Shown here one piece after another: positions 52,743-64,000 of a DNA stretch of 64,000 nucleotides. Below the pieces are notes generated by a model. The model was not told the origin of the DNA and made no database searches. It worked only from the letters and a program-made list of their open reading frames with translations. The stretch is from positions 39,494,001 through 39,558,000 of the forward strand of contig OX597835.1 of NCBI GenBank assembly GCA_951406725.2, given 5' to 3'. The first letter of the stretch is position 1; the number at the start of each line of letters is the position of its first letter. Source of the stretch: Octopus vulgaris (taxonomy: Eukaryota). The translations under genes and the position numbers were made by a program.

Positions 52743-54628
52743 CATTCATACGTGCACATACATGTATGTCTATACACACACGCACGCACATACACCCACA
52801 CAGACACAAGCACATATACACACATACCTGCGTAGATAAAGAGCGAAGGAAGCAAGACAACAGGAAGAATCTGAGAAACAGAATTGTGAAGAGAGAGAGA
52901 GAGAGAGAGATGGAAAGATTAAATGGGGGACGGCGGTTTGGGATGAGAATTGTCTACGAGTAAGCGCGAAAGAGAATGAGATAGGAGACATCACTCGCGA
53001 GAGAGTAAGATAGAAAGGAAATGAGAGGAGTGGAGGTGAAAGTGAAAGTGAAAGTAGGATGGGAGTGAGAGAGGACGAGGTGGATTGTGTTTTAAGGTAG
53101 TTAAAATGACAAATCACATTGTAAAATATGAAATATTCTAAGAAGCTGGGAAGGATATTTTAGTAATGTATAGATTGGAGATAGGTAAGAGAGGGAGAGG
53201 GATCGACAGAGGGACCGAAATAAATTGGCGGGAGAAAGAGACAGTTACACGCATGCGCATGCACACATACACACACATGCAGACATGCGCAGTCATATTC
53301 ATCCATACATATGCATGCATCCATGTACACACATATATGCACGCATTCACTTGCACGTGACTAGATGGAAAGTGAAAAGGAGAAAGTGGAAAATATATTC
53401 AGATAAATGATTTGGGGGAGCTAGAGAGAGAGGGAGAGAGAAAGAGAGAGAGAGAGAGAAACAGACAGACAGAGGCAGACAGACAGATAGATAACAAGTG
53501 ACTTCGGCAAACTATTTCAGAGACAGAAGAGGACAGAAGAGGACAGAAGAGGAAGAAATGAGAGAAAGAGAGAAGAAGTCAGACATACAGACAGATAGAC
53601 AGAGAGACTGAGGCAAAGGGATTAATAAGATGATTTGGAAAAATTCTCCTTCATTATATAAAACACAAGAATACGGAATTAAAGACAGATCCAGAGGGAG
53701 AGAGACAGCGAATGTTATAGTGATATTCAGTGAGAAAGTCAAGTGTTTGGAGGTGCCAAGCAGTGGAAAACACGGAAAAAAGAGTGTGAAATAGAGACAG
53801 GGAGAGATACGTAGACATGTCGAAAGAAAGGGCGTGTGATATAGAGAAGAGATAATAGCGTGAGTGAGACTGAGAAGGGGGTTAGGAAAGAGTGAGGGGA
53901 GATACAAGCCACATCATAAAAGCAACCAACAAGATGGCAACATTGAAAGTTGAGAAGATCGTCTGCTATCAATGAATTTTTCTTCAACCACCATTAATAT
54001 GGCGGTTTTAATGGCCGCTTAAGCAGCTCATTATTAACTTGACTGCGTGTTATTGTCACCGTTACCTCTAACGACATGACATACACGACTATAAGCGCCA
54101 CTACAACAATAGCAACAACAACAACAACAACAGCAAATACAACAACAACATTAAAAACGTTTGCAGTCATAATAATTGTTTTTAATTTAGGCAGAACGTC
54201 AGTAATTTTTGACGGTGTGGAGGGTGAGGAGTTAGTCAATTACATCGACTCCAATATTTGACAGATACCTTATTTTATCGACCCCGGAGGAATAAAAGGC
54301 AAAATTGACCTCGGCTGGATTTGATCTCGGAGCACAAAGAGCCGGAAAAAATACAGGAAAGCATTTTTCCGATGTTGTAATGATTAGGCACAAGACCAGC
54401 AATTTTACAGAGTCAGGATTAGTTGGTATCATTGACTCCAGTATTTAAGAGGTACTTTATTTTATTTTATTGACTGTGGAAGGATAAAAACAAATTTGGC
54501 CTCGGCTGGATTTGAACTAAGAATGTGAAGAGCCAAAACAGACACTTCAAAGCTGTTTATCCTAACTGCAGACATAATAAAAATGATAGTAACGACGGAA
54601 ACAAGAGCAACAACATGACGAACAACGA

Positions 54629-54660
<32 letters not shown>

Positions 54661-55266
54661 CCGACACAACCAGGTGGAATGTACCCGGTCTCTAAACTTG
54701 CTAGAAATACCAGCCAAAATCATTCTTCAAAGAATATATTACAGACTCGGAAAAAGGAAAGACATATTCAGTAATGGGACCCTGGATTTTAAATTGACGG
54801 GATAGTCATATTTGGAATGTTATTTGATAAAACAAAGACGGGATGATAACAGTTGGAGTTCCTTTGGGCACAGATCTACTGGATCAGGGTTGATTATAGG
54901 AAATAAACAACAATAACAACACTAACAGTTTTTATGTTTGTCTTCTATTACTATTTACAATCGGTGTTAGTTTGTTTACTTAGCGGTTCGACAAAACGCT
55001 ACGGAATAAGCAATAGACTTTGAAAAAAGTACTGGGATCAATTTGCTCGACTTAAGCAGGGGTTCACAATCGGAGTCCTTTTAGATCCTTGGAGTTTATG
55101 TACAATAAATTCCGGGCACATGGCGTAGTGATTAAGAGTGCGGGCTACTAACCCCAAGACTCCAAGTTCGATTCTAGACAGTGACCTGAATAATAATAGC
55201 ATCAGAAAAATACCTTAGGAATGAAAACCCAGTTTCGAAATTTCCTCAGCGTTTTCTTCATCCATA

Positions 55267-55665
55267 GGCGCAGGAGTGGCTGTGTGGTAAGTAGCTTCCT
55301 TACCAACCACATGGTTCCGGGTTCAGTCTCACTGCGTGGCACCTTGGGCAAGTGTCTTCTACTATAGCCTCGGGCCGACCAAAGCTTTGTGAATGGATCT
55401 GGTAGACGGAAACTGAAAAGAAGCCCGCTGTATATATGTATATGTATATATATCTGTGTGTTTGTGTGTTTGTGCTTGTCCCCCCAACATCACTTGACAA
55501 CCGATGCTGGTGTGTTTACGTCCCCGTAACTTAGCAGTTCGGCAAAAGAGACCGATAAAAAAGTATTAGGCTTACAAAGAATAAGTCCTGGGGTCGATTT
55601 GCTCGACTAAAGGCGGTGTTCTAGCATGGCCACAGTCAAATGACTGAAACAAGTAAAAGAGTAAG
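55267..55665 (+). mobile_element. SINE family A, full length
   Basis: Full-length alignment to the other copies. Confidence 0.94.
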
Positions 55666-56959
55666 ACTCAAAATTTCTTAATTTTTTATACAATTCCTAA
55701 TTAGATTTAATTATAAAATTATAATAGGACTGTTTAAATAGGGAGTGGCTATGGAGGGTCCAGCAGAGTAAAATAGGATTCAAAGAGGTCCTTGTGAAAA
55801 AAATGGTTGAGAAACACAGGACAAAACGCTTCAATGAGATGCCCCAGTATGGCTGTAGTCCAATAACTGAAACGAGTAAAAGATTTTCAAAATCACAAAC
55901 TACTAAATGCAATTTGTGTGTCTAGTAAATGTTTGAAGAGACTTTTCTCGTTGCCGTCCACTGACCGTTGCGAACAAAAGATTTGAGTGATATTTATAAC
56001 CGCGGACATATTTGATGCAAACGCGACAACTGAGAATATGTGATGTGTGCCGCTCTAAAACTGTCTAGAATAGAAATACTTGGAAGAAAGGGCCAAACTC
56101 GCACATCTCCTTAAAAATGTAATTGCTTTTCTCTGTTGCTAAACGGTTAACGATTTAGTATGAAAAGAAAAAAGATATGAAATACGTCTTTTAAGCGATA
56201 AACTGTTTTCCGTCATGTCGAATTTCGCTTAATTAATTTGTGTCTCGAGTTACGGCGTGCCGACGATTCCAAAGGTGGATGAAATAGCACAATACACGGC
56301 GACCAACGAATAAAAGCCTTTAAAAACTTTATTTAATTTCATGAACTATTTTATCTCTTACTTGTTTCAGTAATTAGACTGAGGCCATGCTGGAGCACAG
56401 CCTTGAAGAATTTTTAGTCGAATGAATCGACAGCAGAACTTATGTTTTTTTTTTTTTTTTAAGCCTGGTACTTATTTTATTGGTCTCATTCGCCAAACTA
56501 CTAATTTACGGGGACGTAAACATACCAACGCCGGTTGTCAAGTAGTGAATGGGGACAAACACAGACACAAAGAAACACACACACACACACACACACACAC
56601 AGAAGAATTTTTTTAAATGTAAGAAGTAAGATTAGGTTTATCCGTAGAAAGAAAAGCCTACGGAAAAGACCACGGTAACCTCAGGTAGGGAGGGAATAAA
56701 CACATGAGAGCAGAGTGCTCTCTCTCTCTCTCTCGTTTTACGATTTACAAGATCATGCTCAAAGTGGTTTCGTCGCTCGCACGCACCATCTTTGCTACAT
56801 TCACCCACCGTTTTTGAAACTTTCACTAGACAAAACTTGCCTTTCCATTCTCACCTTCCTTTTCAAGTGGTACTTGGAAAAGTTGATGAGAGATTGACCA
56901 GAGAGATAGATAGAATGACAGACAGACAGACAGACAGATAGATAGATGATAGATAGATC

Positions 56960-57028
<69 letters not shown>

Positions 57029-57873
57029 GTAGATAGATAGACTAAAGGGGGGAAAACTGTTGAATTGTTGTTGCTGTTTATCCAGAGTCCTTTGATCGTA
57101 GACGTTCCAAATATGTCTCTCCCGCGTTAGCTGTTTTGTTTAGGTGGTCAATTGACGACAAATACTCTTCTACCTTCGTCAGAGATAGATATGCAGGTGA
57201 GGGATGAAGATGTGCAAGGCTGGTAAAGACGGAAAGAAATAAGGAAGACACAAAGAAAGGAAGAAGAGGAGGAGGAGAAGGAAGAAGAAGAAGAAGAAGA
57301 AGAAGAAGAAGAAGAAGAAGAAGAAGAAGAAGAAAAAGTAACAACAACAAGAGGGAAAAAAAGGGCCGAGAGCTGGGAGATGGAGTGGAAGAGACTAATG
57401 CTGAGACATATACTGGAAGACAGAGAGAGAAAGAGGGACAAACAGACAAAGAGCGACAGAGACAGATAGAGCGAGAGAGAGAGAGAGGGGGGAGGCAGAT
57501 AGAGAGACTAGGCAGACGAGGCAAAGAGGGTGAATGAATGTGAGAGAGAGAGAGAGAGAGAAAGAAGAGGAGGAGACGGGGAAGAAAGGTAAGCACCGTT
57601 TCATGGTAAGAAACAAAAGCGAAGAATGCACGGCCGTCTGTCGTGGTATGTAAATATGGTTGCTGTTGTCGTTGTTGTTGTTGCTGTTGTTGTTGTTGTG
57701 GTTGTCGTCGTCGTCGTTGCTCGTGTCGTTATGAGTCAGAGGATATGCATGCACTGTTTAGAGGAAGGAGGAGGGCTAGAGGAGGAGTGGGAGGAAGGGA
57801 AGGAGGAGATGCACAAACATTAGCTGCAAAAGGAGGGGCATCAGTTCCAATGAGTACATTCATATATATATAT

Positions 57874-57992
<119 letters not shown>

Positions 57993-58185
57993 TATATAAA
58001 TATATGCATTCATGCATATATATTCTTGTACATATAGATATACGTACATACTTATGTACAGACGTTACATAAAAGGAACAGACAGAGGGAAAAGAGGATG
58101 GAGAAATTAAAAAAATATTACATCTTTTACATTAAATGTATGTTTGAAATAGATGCATACATACTACTATGTATATATTTACATT

Positions 58186-58221
<36 letters not shown>

Positions 58222-58302
58222 TATATATATGTGTGTGTGTGTGCATGTATATATATATTTATATATTTATATACATACACAGATATAAAGTATATACATA
58301 TA

Positions 58303-58353
<51 letters not shown>

Positions 58354-58693
58354 AATATGTGCGTGTATGTATGTGTGTTCGTGTGTGTGAGTTTGCATGT
58401 GTGTGAGTGTATAGTAGATAGATAACTACATTGATAGATAGATATATTCATACATACATACACACAAACATACATACATATCAATACGCTTACATATGTC
58501 TGCATGTGTATATTTATATCAATATCTATCTATATATCCCTATATATATATATATATACAACACACACACATATATATATATATATATGCATATATATGT
58601 GTGTGTGTTTGTTATATATATATACATATGTATATATATGCATACATATATGTTTATGCATGTATCTATGTAGATACACATATATACATATAC

Positions 58694-58817
<124 letters not shown>

Positions 58818-59369
58818 GTCACATGTTGCTCCAGATCTAGTTAGAGATATTGGCCTAAAAAAACTATATTTCATCTTTATTGATATATTATTCCATTGTT
58901 ATGTGAGCTTAATGCAGCAATTTTCATCACACGTGCGCATAAATGCACCTTACACTTAAACATGCACACACACACACACACACACACTTACACAAACACA
59001 CACACGCACACACTCACACACATCCATCCACATACACATAATGTAAACATATACACGCAAACATATGTTTATATATATATTCACATACATACATACATAC
59101 ATACACACATATATATATATATACATACATATCATGTATTTGTGTGTGATTCTTGTCTTAAAATATAATATAGGGCTTTTGTGCATTGTTCATATAAAAT
59201 CAATTATAAATATATTTTAAATATATTTGATTTTATACGTAGACATGTATCACGGTTATTTCATTTCATATGTAAATATATGTGCATAATGTCTGAATAT
59301 TTATATGGAAATACGCATATGGACTCCCACAAACGCATAAATTCATTCACATAAATATTTATGTTTACA

Positions 59370-59403
<34 letters not shown>

Positions 59404-59406
<3 letters not shown>

Positions 59407-59558
59407 TCTTTTACTCGTTTCAATCATTTGACTCTGTGGCCATGCTGGAGCACTGCCTTTAGTCGAGCAAATCGACCGCAGGACTTATTCTTTGTAAGCC
59501 TAGTACTTATTCTATCCGTCTCTTTTGCCGAACCACTAAGTTACGGGGACAAACACAG

Positions 59559-59590
<32 letters not shown>

Positions 59591-59730
59591 TTATATATAT
59601 ATATATATATACATATATAGGACAGGCTTCTTTCAGTTTCCGTCTACCAAATCCACTCACAAGGCCTTGGTCGGCCCGAAGCTATAGTAGAAGACACTTG
59701 CCCAAGGTGCCCCGCAGTGGGACTGCGCCT
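59404..59730 (-). mobile_element. SINE family A, 5'-truncated with a body deletion
   Basis: Tail ctcttttactcgtttcaatcatttgac and head region ending gcagtgggactg. Confidence 0.85.
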
Positions 59731-59763
59731 AATATATATATGTATGTATATATATATATATGA

Positions 59764-59811
<48 letters not shown>

Positions 59812-60336
59812 TTTATCATTAATTAAAATCATTAGCGCGGTAGATTCGAAAAATTAGAATCTATAGACACGTGGCGGGTTATTTATCGCTCCGTGCCTAT
59901 GTGTTCAGTCCTGGCAACCTGCTGAGGAAGCAGCGCCAGATATAGGCTGAAATTATTTTATTTCAATCTATATTTAAGTCTGCAGAAACCTTGCAGGGTC
60001 TAGGATTAAGGTAAAAGTTTTTATTTTCCAATCACTTTCGGAATTATAACAATTAGTGGCTTGGAGTTTCTAGCGAGTCAGATATCATATTCTTCGGGTA
60101 TCTCTTTTGTGTTTGAACGTATATATATACATATATATACATATATATATATATACTAAGTAATTAAGGGTTTAGCAACGAATTGCCTCACCAACACACC
60201 GAATTTAGAAATAGCAGTCAAAGAGATATAGCTATTCCTTCTACTAAAAGGGGGATCTCAGCAAAAACACAGCACTTATCTACTTGGTGTAATTGATAAT
60301 TATCCCTAATTAATTAATTTCACCCTTTTATTATTA

Positions 60337-60402
<66 letters not shown>

Positions 60403-60550
60403 ATTGAAATGGATAAATGAATTATCTTGTTAAGGATTTTTCAAAATTTAACCGAAACCTGGGTAGCAAAAATCACAACAGAAAAAACACGGTTGAAGTT
60501 ACGACCTTGGGGTGTCGCAACCGTGCCTTAGACCGGATAATTGAAGTTTA

Positions 60551-61051
<501 letters not shown>

Positions 61052-61409
61052 ATACCACTTAGGCATAGCAAGACTAATAACCAGGTGTAGAACTCAATAA
61101 ACGTACGCTTCAGAACACAATCTTAGATGAGTATAGAGTGGTAATAAGAAAAAAGAGATGGCACCGTAAAAATATATTCGTTATGTGATGAAATTCATTA
61201 GCTTACAGTTGTTTCTGCTGCGAGATGCGATGGACTCTTAGGTAAGTTCCGGATAATGCTCTATAGCTTCATCAGATCATCGAATATGAAGTGCACTGTA
61301 TTTGGGAAAATTACGACAGGCGTTATGAGTGCGAAAGTCTATGTTTATATATGTGTGTGTGTGTGTGTGTGTATGCATGCATGCATGCATGTATGTGTGT
61401 ATGTATGTG

Positions 61410-61710
61410 TGGAGGCACATGGCCTAGTGTTTAGAGCAGCGGATCGCGGTCGAGGGATCGCGGGTTCGAATCTCAGACCGGATGATGTGTGTGTTTATGA
61501 GAGAAACACTTAAGCTCCACGCGGCTCAGGCAGAAGGTAATGGTGAACTTCTGCTGACTATTTCGCCACAACTTTCTCTCACTCTTTCCTCCTGCATCTT
61601 GCAGCTCACCTGCGACGGACCGGCGCCTCGTCCAGGTGGGGAACCTATACGCCAAGATACCGGGAAACTGGCCCTTATGAGCCAGGGATGGCTCGAGAAG
61701 GAACAATCCC
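61410..61710 (+). mobile_element. SINE family D, full length with tRNA-like head
   Basis: ggaggcacatggcctagtgtttagagcagcgg (A box) and cgggttcgaatctc (B box), followed by the central domain shared with 45490-45900. Confidence 0.8.
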
Positions 61711-61744
61711 ATCCATGTATGTATGCATGTATGTATGTTTACTA

Positions 61745-62085
61745 TGGCATGTCCTGACTCTCCGTTGATTACGATGACGAGTGTTCGAGTTGATCCATTC
61801 AACGGAACAGCCTGTTCGTGAAATTAGCGTTGATATGGCTGAGCATTCCACAGACATGAGTACCCTCGACGTAGACCCCAAGGAGTTTGAAGCTAAAACA
61901 GTATGTGACAAAGCTGGCCCTTTTGAATTACAGTTATAATTCATTTTTGCCAACTGAATGTATTGGGGGCACGCGAAATAAAGTGTTTTGCTCAGGTACA
62001 CAACGCGACTTCTGGAATCGAAGTCATGGTCTTACGATTATGAGTAGAATATCATAACCACTAAGCCACGCACATTCACTATAGT
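61745..62085 (-). mobile_element. SINE family C variant with a different tail
   Basis: cgcgaaataaagtgttttgctcaggtacacaacgc...ataaccactaagccacgc on the minus strand; the tail gttgatccattcaacggaacagcc differs from C at 4150. Confidence 0.8.
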
Positions 62086-62128
<43 letters not shown>

Positions 62129-62333
62129 TTTATAGCAGCAGTTCGGATTGGGGCCATGCTTGAGCATCGCTTTGGAGAGTTTAATTGATCAATACCATCC
62201 CGGTATGTATTCCGTGTATGGTAAATATATTCTATTGATATTTATTGCCGAACTACAAGGTTACGGGGCCGTAAGCAAACCAACACCGGTTGTCAACCAG
62301 TTAGAGATGAACACATTCACCAAGCTGCACATA

Positions 62334-62632
62334 CAGGGTGTTCGGGCTAAATTTGACAGTTTGCATAAAAGGAAAAGAAAACACAATATTCCATCCGAAA
62401 TTAATAGTAATTTAATAGTTCAAAATATAGCAACTAGATTATAGCTGGGAGATTGCAGCTATAGGTTCTACCCATAGGTTCTACCACAGTCTCAAAACTG
62501 CTCCGGAACCTCCGTGTTCTTGGCCACCATCTCAGCCTTGAGGATTCAGGCAGAGCGGTTGATGTCCTTCTCAACCACATCCTACACATGAGATAACAAA
62601 CGGGGAAATTAGGAGACCAGAAATTGAGACAG
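62334..62632 (-). mobile_element. Tc1/mariner (DD37D/maT-like) 3' fragment with TIR
   Basis: TA|cagggtgttcgggctaaa TIR. The minus strand reads NFWSPN..., then frameshifted CRMWLRR / VVEKDINRSA, resembling the SPDLNP..VW region. Confidence 0.6.
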
Positions 62633-62635
62633 AAA

Positions 62636-63210
<575 letters not shown>

Positions 63211-64000
63211 ATGCATATGCATATGAATTGATATGCATGTTGGTTCGTACTTGAAGTGAGTAATCTATGCATCCATACATACATAAGAATATGTTCTGTG
63301 AAGAATGTGTGTGCGTCTAACTGTGTTCGCGTGTATGTATGTAGTGTGCGTATGTGTTTGTGTGTGAGTGTGTGCGTGCGCATGTGTATGTATATCTGTG
63401 TGTGTTTGTGTGTTCGTTGATGAAGTGGCAGACTTCTATCTCTTGAAGCAATCTCATTTATTTACCTTCTTAATCCAACTAGTTGGTTAATTAATTAATC
63501 TGTTAATTAATTAACTACCAAACTTAGTAATTAATCAATCATATCTTGTGATTAATATAAGTTCGGTGTTGTAGAGCAGGGAATTGGAAAACAAAATATC
63601 ATCAGATATTTACGTATCATTAGATTTAGCGTTCGAATTAATCTCCGGTCTACTTTCTCGTTCATCCATTCACGGGTTTTGTTCTTGTTTTTTTTTTGTC
63701 TTGTTATTGTTGTGTAGCCCCTTATCAGCTCTAATCACCAAACCCACAGTAAGTTGGGAGATGCCAAAATGACCAGATGCAACGATGCATCAAGGAATGC
63801 AGCCCTTTGAGCGCCGTTAATTTGACATGGCGGACTGGACGTTCAACTTGTTTTGGCTGGCGACACTATTTCTGGCACCGGAGCAAAACACGCGTGAGCG
63901 CGCAGAAATCTAAATGGTAAAGACCCTCCCGTCGATCATGAATGACCAAAGGATTGCACCTCGAAAGTTCCCCTCCGAGGCACAAGTTCGGGTAAGCTTG

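Noticed and set aside
63480-63525. AT-rich hairpin agttggttaattaattaa...ttaattaattaactaccaaact
   Set aside because: It is largely explained by self-complementary (TTAA)n low complexity.

Overview
Eukaryotic, repeat-saturated intergenic or intronic DNA. It is most likely an octopus (coleoid cephalopod) genome; this is an inference from the tRNA-derived SINE families, the very dense (TA)n/(ATAC)n/(AGAT)n/(AAT)n/(GAT)n tracts and a TTAGGG repeat. No intact host protein-coding gene, tRNA, rRNA or CRISPR array can be supported, and nearly all ORFs in the track are microsatellite translations. The window holds: more than 30 copies of at least five SINE families; decayed mariner/Tc1 elements (one folded back on itself, one DD37D-like fragment); a piggyBac-type MITE; RTE, CR1 and Tx1/L1 LINE relics; two R4/Dong-clade RLE retrotransposon 3' ends in (TAA)n; and several (TA)n-embedded Penelope-like (PLE) terminal fragments, some forming long palindromes. 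The most notable signals are (1) minimal hammerhead-ribozyme-like motifs with non-canonical cores in the PLE-like ends, (2) repeated nesting of PLE-like fragments into the internal (TA)n tract of one SINE family, (3) (TAA)n-targeted retrotransposition, one copy with an open reading frame, and (4) many near-perfect inverted repeats that could form dsRNA.
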